Of a stretch of DNA of 64,000 bases, positions 51,625-63,600 are shown one piece after another. This DNA comes from Halocafeteria seosinensis (lineage: Eukaryota). The notes below the pieces were generated by a model that worked only from the letters and a program-made list of their open reading frames with translations, was not told the DNA's origin and ran no database searches. A program made the translations under genes and the position numbers. The stretch is taken from positions 1-64,000 of the forward strand of contig LVLI01000006.1 in NCBI GenBank assembly GCA_001687465.1, written 5' to 3'. Positions within the stretch are counted from its first letter, which is position 1. Every line of letters starts with the position of its first letter.

Positions 51625-52542
51625 CCTCTTCCTCCTTCCACAATGAAATGCCTCCTCCTCTTGTTGGAGGGGAGCTTAACGCAAAATCGGACGCTACAAG
51701 TCTAACAAGGCAATGGCTCTTCCTTTCTTTCTCCCTTCCATATACTCTAGACAAGAACTATGGCAAGTGTCGTTGACTTCCATCAACACGGGACTTTCCT
51801 GTGGAACTACCATCACCAAAAAGTTCCGCGGAGAATCTATCGTTACGGCTTGGAAGGCCTCCGAAGGCAGCCTCCCAAAGAAGGAGGACGTCGGAACTAG
51901 GCGCTTTGTGTGCCACAACGTGTGGTAGTCGGTACCGGTACCGTAATAGTATGATACATTCACTTGTACTGAATAGCTCTCGAGTTCTACTTTTATGCAC
52001 TATGGTATGGTAGCTTAACTTCTTGGTACTACACTATTTCGGATCTTCATACCTCGTGTCTCTCGTGCTGACCGTCGAGCCTGGAGGCCCTGGCCGGGCT
52101 GGCCCATGTACTCCCACAATTACCCGCTCACTAAGTTGTGTGATGGGCTCTCTGGCCAAGTACCCGTTTATGAAATTAACACTAGATTCCATTAGATCCA
52201 GATACATCGAGCCGGTGGGTGCAAGGACATACTCCTCTCCGCTCTTTCCTACAATGGCAAGAAATCCACATTCCAAAAGCAATAACAACAATCCTTCTGG
52301 GTCATCATCCTTGGGAAAAAAAAATTTCAGTGGCATACCCTGCTTCAATCGCTCTTGACCAATGCATCTTCCTAAAAAGGCATCAAGAATGGCGTCACCG
52401 ATGAAACAAGAGACATAAGGAGGCCAACCGTATCTGTTACACATGTGACGATAGAATGTCCCCTTGGAGCTCCCCCCCCCACAAGCCTGGCGTGGGTCGC
52501 ACGTCTCGAAGAACTGCGATTTGCGATGTTTCACAGTGTGAA

Positions 52543-54141
52543 TCAAATTGCAACATCGCTTTGGCTTGAATTCAGTTGTCCACAAGCTGCCAGGATATCT
52601 CTTCCACGAGGCCATCGGATTGTCGACATTATATTTGCTTCCTTGAGTTTCCTTTGGAATTCTTCCACTTTGTCATCTGAACTCGGTGTCCACGGAGATC
52701 CTGGCCATTCATTATACGGTCTGCAGTAATGAACCCAAGGGATTCAATATTGTGGTTTGGTAACGAGCTGTTCTTAAGCAAAACCAGGCCACCTACATTA
52801 AATTGACATGAGCGTGTACTCGTCCGAGGGAGTTACACCATTTCTTTAGGGCATCCAGCGAAGTGCGATCATCATTAACCCCATCGAGAAGTGTGTACTC
52901 GAAAGTAATTCTATTATCTCGAGCTCTAGATTTCCCACTCTCCTGCACGGCTTCCAAGTATTCCGTGCAAGTCCTGTGGAGCTCCTTCAATGGGTAGCTA
53001 CGGTTTATTGCCATGATCCTCGACCTTGTCTCGTCAATGGCAGAATGCAGCGACACTGCGAGACCGACACCTGTTTCTGTCCCAACTTCTTTTATCTTCG
53101 GAGCAACTCCAACCGTACTGATGGTTATCCTACTCTGTTAATCAACAACGATTGATAAAAAGAAACCGAATGAGTCTCTCTCTGAAACATCAAATGTTCT
53201 TTTTACTAACCTTGCCATACCCTAAGCCTCGGGGATCACACAGGGTATTTGAGGCCCTAAATGTGTTTCTCCAGTTCAGGAGAGGTTCTCCTTGTCCCAT
53301 GAACACTATCTGCACAAAGCAAGCTTATTTCACACATTTGAAAACTATTCATACGACGTCCGCGTCTCACTTACGTTTGTAATTTTTGAGCGGGAATCAA
53401 GTTCCCGCAATCTATCTCCAGCGAGCAACACTTGTCCGACAATATCCGCATGTTTCAAATTCCGCTGGAATTTTTGAGTCTGCACATCATATGCACGCTT
53501 CCAGATTGACAGTCTATATTCAATGCAGCATTGAAGCAACATACTCCTGTATGGCAGAACGAGCATGCTAGCGCACAACCAACCTGGGAGGAAATGCATA
53601 ATGTTCCTCGTCTCCCTTCGGGGATATACACGGTTTCCTGTGGCAACATAGTCAATCATCGCGCGCGCAGTAAAATGAGCCACTCCACGTATTAAGACGA
53701 TGTCATGTGTTTACATACTACTTTGAGACCGTGGGGAAGTTCCAGCAACCATTTACAAGTGCCGTCCGTACTAATTTGCTCATCATCAATTCGCCCAATG
53801 TTTGTAGTGAACACGCGTTCCAATTGGGACCTCATTCGTTTCGGAAATGCCTGAATATCGTGAAAATTAAAGAGTCGTTCATCATAGAGGGCTCTCCAAA
53901 GCTGCTCAGCTCTGTATCGTGGGTAATTCTGAGACTTCAGCAATTTCTCCATCTGTCCATAGTCCAAGTCAAACACATTATGTTTCTCCTCCTTCCCCGC
54001 GTGATCTGCCATGGTGCATCGGGTTTTGTTAGCCCCTCCATTGTCTGCATCCCTTAAGCTTAAGGACGAGCTAGCAGCTGTGCTGAACGAAGCCTGACGT
54101 CTGTGTAGTTGGAAGCGAGAGAGCAGCACTCTATGCAGCAT
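52543..54141 (-). CDS. rlmN: RlmN-family radical-SAM RNA methyltransferase, probably mitochondrial (6 exons)
   Basis: [29 protein letters not shown] (CxxxCxxC), [45 protein letters not shown]; presequence-like N-terminus [21 protein letters not shown]. Confidence 0.94.
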
Positions 54142-54407
54142 CCCCGCTACTTGGTAAGCGTCTGCCTATAGTGTGCGGTATAGAGAATGAATGAAAAGAG
54201 ACACAATGAGGATATAACAAATTACCCACTACCATGTGTGTATATACTATATAGGGGTATGTATGTGTGTCAAGGCTCTTCCCAAGCAAACATATCGTCG
54301 ACTTGCCCGTGGGGAGTACCAAATACTTGCTGCTTCCATCGATTATTGTGAGGAAATCAAACATACATACATTGAATTAGCTCTGCTCAGAGAACACACA
54401 CTAGACA

Positions 54408-55078
54408 ATGTTCAGAACCAAACCAGCATGTGCTGTCTTGGAGGACTTTTGCGGACATGAGATAGCCTCTGCAGTGTATGTATTGCCCTCTACAATCATT
54501 CACCTATGATGATGATGATACAAATGCGCATGAGTAAATCCGGAACGATATTTTCATGATGAGTTTGCAGGGTGGCCAACAGCAGTGGAGGGGTCCTTGC
54601 CTCCTCGGGTACTCATCGCTCGCACCAAGAGGAAGCAAAACATCGGGCATCTGTGGCCGCAAACGCATGGAATGAGTACCAGAACTCGTCCGAGGCTACT
54701 ATGAGTTCATCAACCTTGAATGAACTCATGTTTGATCTGGATGACGGCACAGTGATTGTGCTGCCCATCGTGCTAGACTACTTGTTAATCGTTTCCATTG
54801 GAGAGACAACAAGAATGGGATATATAAGAGCAGAAGTAAGTCGTCTCTCAAGCCCACATATTGTGAACCAGTTCATTATTGAATTATTGATATACTAATA
54901 CTATACGCAGTTACGGCGCATGAAAAAATTCTTCGCCGACCAGCTACAAAACATTGGTTTAGACACGCGACCGAAGGACAAAGAAAGTCAACAACAAGGA
55001 TCCGACCAGGGAGATAGTCAAGGAGGCAATGACACAGAAGATACATCTGATGCCGCTACGCCGCCAGCCTCCTCATGA
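54408..55078 (+). CDS. LAMTOR2: Roadblock-domain protein, Ragulator subunit LAMTOR2-like (3 exons)
   Basis: Spliced MFRTKPACAVLEDFCGHEIASAVVANSSGGVLASSG...ASVAANAWNEY...LMFDLDDGTV...MGYIRAE|LRRMKKFFADQLQNI fits the LAMTOR2 pattern. Confidence 0.75.
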
Positions 55079-56327
55079 GGACTCGCGCTCATTTTCCTTC
55101 GCGGCTTCTGCTTCTTTCCACTGGCGGCAAACTCGTCTATCTTCCTCAGTGCATTTCCTGTAAAGTAACGTGGAAGTAAACTCAGTCTGGAGCTACAAGA
55201 TACACGCAAGATCACAGCTTCCACCCACTTTAATCTCCGGTAGGCATCGTGGAAATTGTCGTTGACGATCCACATGTCCCAGTTGAGTCTAGTGGCTTCA
55301 TCAATTTCCTGGGCAGCTTCTGTTACCCTGCGCTCGATGACCTCTTCCGAGTCGGCCCCTCGCTTTCGAAGCCGATGGTCTAGCTCCTGTACACCAGGAG
55401 GTGCTACAAAGATATACTTGCTAGCATCAAATACCTCCTTGGGTGCAGCACGGCAAGATTTTACACCCTGCTAGTGACACAAACAGGACTCTTATGGACT
55501 AACTAGCCAATAGAACCGCGATATGAATGTAGCATACCTGTACGTCTATGTCTAAAATGCATATTTGGTTCCTCTCGCAAACCTCGTCTATCGCAGCGAA
55601 CGAGGTGCCATACAAGTTTCCATGGACATGAGCATATTCCAAAAATTTCCCTTCTTTTATCCACTCTTCCATGGTCTTCTTGTCCACGTAGTAGTAGTGA
55701 ACCTGCTTGCACCACCTCGAAAAGTAAACCAGAGGCAGCTCAGGGCCACATATTTGTCTACTCTTTCTTACCCCATGTTTTTCACCCGGACGGGGAGCTC
55801 GGGTTGTATGGCTCACACTAAATCCGATTTCATTGGGGAATTCTTTCTTCAGCATGTTTACGAGAGTGGTTTTGCCGGCTCCGCTAGGTCCACATACTGC
55901 ATTCGTCAGCCAATGAGATACACAGATTTACCAGTAAAGCGTCAGATCCACTGAAACCCCTCAAAACATTTATTTTCCTATGGTATCGGGAATACGTACG
56001 GACAACAGGTTTACAAGCACTTGGACGTTGAATGTGAGAAACTTCACCGCCATGGATCGGCTGTTTTGCTTTGCGTAGTTTATCTAACTCTTTACTCCCA
56101 CTGGTCGTTCCCCGTTTCAGTCGCTCCTCCTCCTCGTCCTCTTCATCTTCGCCAGCTGCCTTTACTACGGCCATGGCACCGGAAACAGTCAGGGTCGTCG
56201 CCAGTACCGAGTACCAGCAATAGCGTTTGAAATGTGGCTGAGCTGTTTGAATGAACTTCCTCGTTGCCGTCAGGTGGGCACACTGCACCACTCTTTGGCT
56301 TAGCAAACTCCTCACTGTAGGCTGCAT
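55073..56327 (-). CDS. GUK1: Guanylate kinase with N-terminal extension (multi-exon)
   Basis: [12 protein letters not shown]-loop, [49 protein letters not shown]. Confidence 0.93.
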
Positions 56328-56671
56328 CTCCTCTGAGTAAAGAGATACAGTTTTCTGGGGGAAAACGTATCCATCCGACCCACTGTACCTGATATAGAGA
56401 GGTTGGTCCTTGCAACGTGAAGGAAACTTGAAGTTTGGCTGAAGCAACAAACAAATGTTGCACTTTCCTTATTGATTGATGGCCTCTAATAGCATTTTGC
56501 CGTGGACTATATGTAATGTCATAGAGACACACCGACTGAATCAGCATCGCTGTTTTGAGGAAGCGCTGATTGTTTCAGTCATCAGAGTAAGAGAGAGGAA
56601 TACCGCGCAAACAAAGTTGAGCTGACACCAACGTCGTACTTCAACTACTATAGAGACTTGGGAGAATCAAG

Positions 56672-59600
56672 ATGGATTTAGATCTATTAGAGGGCTTCAG
56701 TGACGACGACGGTGAGGGAGAAGGTAACCAAAAGAGTGGATCAAAGAAGAATCCTCGACCCTTGTTCTTTGATATCCATACTGTGGAGCGAGCTATCTTA
56801 GAAACAGATGTTGACCGCTTGAACAGAGTCGTTCACTGTGCCGAGGAACTCTGGAAAGTAAGTCAGTGGGCAAGACGCGTTTGATCTTGCTGTAAACTTC
56901 GAAATGTGTGCATGTATCCTTGTGTGTGTCAAACACAGGATGTCGATGACGGTGATAGTTGGAAGGAACTGTCAAGGTCCCTCTTGGACCTGTCACAGTT
57001 GTTTGTGAAGGGTAAGTACAGTGCAATTCTACAGCGGGACCCAGCAAAGCTAATTTTCGCGCCATTCTCCCCTGAGGACATTGTACCGTTGGTTAAAGCT
57101 TCCTTGGAGGACGAACATAAGGAGTCGTTGTCCATGGCAGAGTGTACGCGAATGCTCCTGGAGGACCCCAGGTTGGCGTCTCGCTTACTCCGTGAGAGAA
57201 TCACTCACTATGTGGACAACGGATATTCTAAAGTAGATCCGTATGATAAGAAAGCATCGTCTAATTCGTTCGTCTGCGAGACATCATTGCCGATTCCCAA
57301 CCCTCAGGATTCTCTTACTGACAGAAACACCCCGGAAGCCTACCGTCTCTTCGAAATTGTCATGGCTGCTATTTCCTGTTTGCAGCTTTACATGCAGGAG
57401 AATTGGACCGGCCCTGAATTAACAGAATCTGAAGTAAACAAATTTTATCCATTCGACTTCTGCGTAGATCTTTGGGAATGTACTGCGGAAGAGAAAACAG
57501 ACAATATTAACACTACAAACGGAGATTCTGAAAAAGCCTCGGGAGCTTCTGACGAAGATGATAAAGCAATTGTCAATGCGATCTTACGGAGAAAGACGCT
57601 TGTAGATAAGGCAGCTCTAAAAGGCCTGGAGATAGACGGTTTGGAGATGTATGAACACGTGAGCTACCCTTTGCTTCTCTGGGGCACCAATGTTATATTT
57701 GAGTCTACGTTCCCGTCCAACCTGCTCAATAAGAAAGCTGAGACCAAGGCAAAGCCCTCCTGGTATATTGCAGAAGGTTTAGCGTTCGTTGAAGACGATA
57801 AGAAACAGAGTTCTCACCACCCCACTTCGGTCCATGAGATTGTTGGGGCAGGGTTGTCGCTCCTTTCACCGTTGTGGTGGCGGGGGAGGGTATCGGGAAT
57901 CCATCAAAGGTCACTGGTCGACAAGAAACCCAGTGGTAGTTTATTTATTGCTTCATTGTCGTGTTTCCGATTAACCGGGACACAGATTTGCTCTGAGTAC
58001 GCCAAAGCGTTTTCTAGTGAAGACAGATTCCAGCAGGACTTAGTGATGGATGTACTTGAGCAGTCGCACGATGTGAAGAACACTGACAGTGCATCGGATA
58101 TCTCAGCAGAGTGCCCCATTCCTAGCGTTTCAGAGTACCGGAAGAAACAGCTGCAAGCACGTATGCTTCTGGAATGGGGTATTGTTCAGCAAAGCTTTCG
58201 TCGTCAGTCAGCCGCCAAAACTTCATTTTTCCTCTCTAAGACACTGTCTTCTCTGTATACCCAGCTTGTCGGGGAATTAGGCCGCCGAACAAAGTATCAA
58301 ACGCACGATATATCGCAATTGGTTCTCAAGGCAAGATCCACCGTGCCGGTGGAGAATACTGTATCAAACGAAACGAAGCAAGCTAGCTCGACGACCGCTG
58401 TAAATTGGACTATCAACCCAGACAGCTCGAATCCTCTCGAGAAGAACCCAATCGGAACAAAAAATTCGCTTGGTATGCAAGAACTCAAATTGGATGAGCT
58501 CGACGAAGAGAACATTCTCTATGAGCAAGTGCAGCTGGCAAAAGACAAAGGTGAGGATGCTATCAAGGAAAATTACGACGAACAAGGGAATCGTAAGATG
58601 CCTCCTTGGTATAACAAGGAATGGGGGACAGAGCGCGAATTGCCTTCAACGGGGGAGAGCTCCACCCCTGCCCAGTTGCAACCACTCGCTCTCGATGGTC
58701 CTGTAACTCCCCTAGACCAAGGTATTATTTTGTCTTTGTGCTTGGATATCCAAAACAATAATCCCCGTGATGGACTAGTTCGAGATGAGATGAGGGCGTA
58801 TGTCTCGCGGGCTCTTGAAACTCCGCAGGATTGGATGACGCATTCAATGGGTAAGATTGTGCGCTGAGGTAGCGTTGGATATCGTCCTTTCCACGAATTA
58901 ATGTACGATTGCAGGGCTCTTAATCAAATCTTGGCTCGAGTATGAAAGTCACTGGACGGTGGAAAGAGGCATTCTCCAAATGCAAGCATTAGTGGATCAG
59001 CATACGAACCGTCTGACAATTACTCAGTCTAGTCAAAAGTAAGCACAGCTTTTGTTTGAGGCCTAGGATACTTTCCAATCTTAAGTCCACTTTGTGCATC
59101 TACTGTGCAGATGTATCGATGAATCCGCTCCTGCAAACGAGAGACTTGCATACATCTACAGCATCGCATTTCCCAGCCGGTGGGAATTGAAGCGTGATTT
59201 AGCGGATCGGTACAGAAAAGGCGGTGTCATCCGCTCTGCTTTAGTACTCTATGAAGAACTTGAGTTATGGAATGAGATCATTGAGTGCCATGTCTCTCTT
59301 GAGCGGTTGAATCGAGCAAAGAAATTGTTGAGGTATCGGCTTTCAATCCATCCGACGCCCAGATTATGGTGTCTGTATGGTCACGTTTGCAACGAGGATG
59401 AGTATTATCTGAAAGCCTGGGAGCTTTCCGGAAAACGCTATGCACCTGCAATGCTTGCGCTTGGGAAAAGATATTATAACAGGTTCGTGGAAATCTGCAT
59501 TATTTCTGACGCAATCCAGTGAACCAAGGGTCATGGCTTTTTCGTTGCAGAGATGAGTTTGAGGATGCACGAGATGCACTCCAAAAGGGTCTAGCGATAT

Positions 59601-60680
59601 CAAAGCAAAGCGAAAGCGAATGGTATCTACTCGGAGTCGTATGCATGTGTCTGGAGGATCTTCGTGGGGCAATTGATGCGCTATCTCACTGTGTGCAGCT
59701 TGTACGTATGATCTAAGCCTGTGCAGAATAATTAACCCAACCAACTGCCTCTGCTTATGCAGACACCTGACCACGCTGATGCATGGGCCAATCTTGGTAG
59801 CAACTTTCTGAAGTTAGAAAAATATCCCCAAGGCCTTAATGCCTTATCAGAAGCCGTAAAGCACAATCCTACTAATTGGAAAATGCAGCAGAATTATTTG
59901 AAAGCAGCCATGCTGAACAGGAGATGGAGCTTGGCCATCAATTCGATGCACACGTTATTGGAACTCAGGTGGAAAGATCCACATCCAAAGAATACCGGAA
60001 TAGATATCGATTCCCTAGGTACATTAGTCATGGAAGTTTGCAGCGACCTTGTTTCAAGTGATTCCAGTCAAACTGACTGCGACAGTCTGGACGTCAATGG
60101 TAGGGGGCAACCAGAGTCTACGGTAGTCGATAGATCAAAAGACCCAGGCATCCTACCGGCACCGGAAGAGATCAATTTAGATGATGATGAAGAAGATATA
60201 GATCATGATTTTCACCGTGTAACCAAGCCGGATCATGGAGATGGAAAGCGGCCGAGGGACTATGTGGAATCCGTTGCAAAATTACTAGGTCATATTACCA
60301 GTGCAATATCCAAGGAGCCCATGGTTTGGTCTTTATATTCTCGATTTAACGAAGTAAGAGGAAAACACAAAGAGGCCTTAGAATGCAAGAAAAAGCAGCT
60401 CCGAGCTCTGCAAACAGCAGGCTGGGAACGTGGGTCAAATAACAAAATCCACGAAGTTTGCACAACAGCAAACCAATTGGTGGCAGCTCTGATTTCGGAG
60501 AATACATCAGCAGCCTTAATGAGCGCTCGAATGCTGACAAAAAATATTTTATCTCAAATTGATAAGGCGCAGAATCCTGTCGCTGACAGAACGGAGACTA
60601 GTGAGCCATCGTATATTAAAGAATTGAGACAACATCTTGAGTATTTACAATCGCCAGACCAACCAGCGGAACAATTGTAG
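56672..60680 (+). CDS. TTC27: TTC27/Emw1-like tetratricopeptide repeat protein (multi-exon)
   Basis: LYMQENWTGP, GELGRRTKYQ, WELKRDLA, YEELELW, PTPRLWCLYG, YYLKAWELS, AWANLG and TPR-like C-terminal exons. Confidence 0.85.
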
Positions 60681-60709
60681 AGTGCCCATTTAAAAATGTT
60701 GACATTTGA

Positions 60710-62218
60710 CTAAAAGACTGAAGATTGGTAACTCTCTCCTGTAACAATGTTTCCGTGTTTATCCACCATGAACGACGGGTAATCGTCGAATCCAATGCTG
60801 GTGCTGTGTATCGAGCTATTATTAGACCCACTGCATTCACCCAGAGGTTTCCAATCTTTACTTTGTTCATCGATACCTTCTTGTCTTTCGTAATCCTGGG
60901 ACCAAAGATCGTTGGGCGGCATCGGTACCCTTGTGCTCTCAAGAGGTGGAAAATTATTGGAGTTGCTCAAGGAAGCATCCACAGCATGAGAGAGAGGAGT
61001 TGGAGAAAGGTTTGTTGGGGCTATGCGTTTCCGTTTCGCGTCCAATGTGCGACAACTATCCTGAGAAGTGCAAAACTGGGATGCAAATACGCCATCGTGT
61101 CCACCCAAACCTGAAACCATGCTCAAGGGCTGAACATCGGCTGTCCTAGAAGAAACGCAAGAGTAGTCCCTTCGATACTCTCCGCTAGCAGAATGTGGCC
61201 CTCCCGAGATAGAAGACTGCAGCTCGTGCACTGCTTCTTCGATGCGGTCTATTAACTTCGCCTGTAGAGACGATAGATGCACCGTACCAACTTCTTGCTT
61301 GATTTTCTCCGTTCGCTCTGTAGATGCACAACACAGATCTTGAATTAGTCGCTTTAGCTTCTCGTCAGAACTTCTCGTCCTTGCTGTCCTTTCTGATGAC
61401 TGAGAAGAGCAAGCATGGACTTCGCCAGAATGATACTGTGTCTTGGAATTATTCGGGGAAGCAGAGTCACCACACGTTCCTAGCAAGTTGCGAACCACAC
61501 TTCCTGTTGGGCTGCTCTCCATAGAATCGTCAATATGCGCAGCGACCTTTTCCGACTGCCCGCTAGTAAGTTTCTGGGTGTGCTCATTTAGTCTGGAGAA
61601 CGTGGGCGGATCTTCTGGAGTGAAGAACTTTCCACTCGACGCAGGTCCCGCATCCGTGTGTTCTTGGCGGTTCGGAATTGCATCGGACACCGTAGGGGAC
61701 GAAACTGTTGCCAGGTCTTTTGCTGTACGAACAAGGCGGTACTTAAGTTTCAAAGAGTTCGGATCAGTTTGGGATACCAAGGACCCGAAAGCACGTTCTC
61801 TCGGGATTGTGTTCATGCTAGTATCGTACAATTCGATTTTCCAAGCATTCTCGTCTGGGGCTGAGGACTCTGGATCCTCAACAGGCACTCGGCTTCCCCA
61901 CTTAGTTTTCAAATACCGTACAATTCGGTCGGAACTATGTTTACGTTTGACATCTTGCACCTGTATATGGGTATTTAAGTTCTGAGCCTGAACCACTTGT
62001 TGCGAAGTCTCATCGAATGGGGTCAATTGCAGGCAAATTCTTGACCGTTTTCCGCTACTTTGCTGGGCCCCAGACTGCTCTTTTCCCGTATCTCGTTTGG
62101 TACGCAATACATCCAAATTAGGTTGGCTTGTGGAGCGCGAACTTGAAGCTCTATCGCGTTTTCCTGCTGCGGGTGCCGCTGTATTACTGTTGCTTGAACT
62201 CATTATCGTCACCGCCAT
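60710..62218 (-). CDS. Hypothetical protein with CRAMP1/TKI1-like conserved segment
   Basis: About 500-aa intronless ORF; RICLQLTPFDETSQQVVQAQNLNTHIQV...IVRYLKTKWG...LKLKY resembles the remembered KIKLQLFP.D...NP.LEL...HL..KW block; the rest is low complexity. Confidence 0.55.
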   Translation of the reverse strand: MAVTIMSSSNSNTAAPAAGKRDRASSSRSTSQPNLDVLRTKRDTGKEQSGAQQSSGKRSRICLQLTPFDETSQQVVQAQNLNTHIQVQDVKRKHSSDRIVRYLKTKWGSRVPVEDPESSAPDENAWKIELYDTSMNTIPRERAFGSLVSQTDPNSLKLKYRLVRTAKDLATVSSPTVSDAIPNRQEHTDAGPASSGKFFTPEDPPTFSRLNEHTQKLTSGQSEKVAAHIDDSMESSPTGSVVRNLLGTCGDSASPNNSKTQYHSGEVHACSSQSSERTARTRSSDEKLKRLIQDLCCASTERTEKIKQEVGTVHLSSLQAKLIDRIEEAVHELQSSISGGPHSASGEYRRDYSCVSSRTADVQPLSMVSGLGGHDGVFASQFCTSQDSCRTLDAKRKRIAPTNLSPTPLSHAVDASLSNSNNFPPLESTRVPMPPNDLWSQDYERQEGIDEQSKDWKPLGECSGSNNSSIHSTSIGFDDYPSFMVDKHGNIVTGESYQSSVF

Positions 62219-63517
62219 CTCAAAATACACATTCTAATAGAGTATTCCAACGGGTGGATAACCTCAAATGAACTCGGAAAACCTTGTGTATAGCTGGAAA
62301 AGACTTCTCGTTCAAAAAAATCTACAATTCAAATCAGAGCGCCCAAGTATACTTAGTGATTTAACTCTGTACAAGATGCATATTACTATCGCAAGACAGT
62401 TCTACGAACGATAATACAAGACAGAATTAGTAAAGTAGCACAACTAGATCAAAGAAGGCACATATCATGGCTGTAATGCCATCATACGCGCGAAATTTGA
62501 ATTGGAAAGCAAAAGTGGCATAAAAGTTTGTTTGGTGTGCTTCCAAATGATGGACCAAATCGCCGAAGTATCAACATCTAGGGTACAATTGTATCAGATA
62601 CCCGGTATCTCATACTCTTCCTAATATTGCATGGCTCGTTGAATTCTTTGCTTCGGACGACCGAATGTGAGGACCTGCTCCCTGCTCCACGTACTTCATT
62701 CAAGTGCAGTGACTGCAGTGACCGATAGTACGAAGGTGGACTTTGATCCATACTCCAGTAACACAGGTTTTACATGAAGTATTGGCACTGCATAATACAT
62801 CCAGCATCTCTCGGTCTCGACTGCGTTGCTTTGGGATACACTGGTGATGACGATGCGTTGAGCATCCCCATTATACAGTGATGGATTCCGCTCTCACCAT
62901 CCGTGGATCCCGATGAAAGGAGCAACACAGTGGGGGAAATTAATCAGTGCAACTATCTCCATTGTAGCTCAGCTTGAAGTGAACAGTGCCAAGCGGTTTC
63001 GTTCTTTAACTCATTGAGTGACGCAGGCGTTCTAAACGCTGCTGAATCACACAGAGATTCCCGTTACAGTTTGTCACTTAGCACCTCAATATACCTTACT
63101 GTTAAACACTAAATAGACTGTTTTTTGTTGGTTATTGTTGATGTTCTGATCCTGCTCTATTTCATGAATCAAGAGGAAAGCTCAAGTATATTGCTAGTCA
63201 CTTGAGGAAATACGCGTACGCTTGTCACTCCGCAGATGGCAAAACCGTGGTCTCAGGAGGTAAGCAACGCTAGTAGAGGTACTTAATATCGAATAAACTG
63301 CAGTACAAATAATGTATTGATGGTCGTGTGACAGGAGAGCCGAATGCTCGAAGAGCATATCTCTCATGTTTGCGGAGAAGGACCGGATAAAAGCCAAATA
63401 AGATGGGGACTGGTTGCTTCAGCGACACCATTGAATCGGAGCGCAGAACAGATCAAAAACGTAGGTGGCGGCCTGCCATCTAAGCGAATACAAACTGTGC
63501 ATATCATCCCTTGAATG

Positions 63518-63600
63518 CAGACGTGGGTCAATTATCAGGATTCACAGCTAAACGGACCAAGTATTACCGCAGACGAATCCCAAAACCTCGAAAAACAGCC
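63518..63600 (+). mobile_element. Candidate terminus of a second, related hAT element extending rightwards
   Basis: CAGACGTGGG (63518-63527) is the exact reverse complement of 2158-2167; CAGACGAATCCCAAAACC (63570-63587) resembles CAGAGGAATCCCAAAAACC (2104-2122). Confidence 0.5.

Noticed and set aside
62960..63030. tRNA-like start GTAGCTCAGCTTG
   Set aside because: No D-loop GG, no GTTC(G/A)A T-loop at the right spacing and no acceptor-stem pairing.
62300..63500. Gene or transposon remnant in the gene-poor right end
   Set aside because: Only short ORFs without recognisable motifs.
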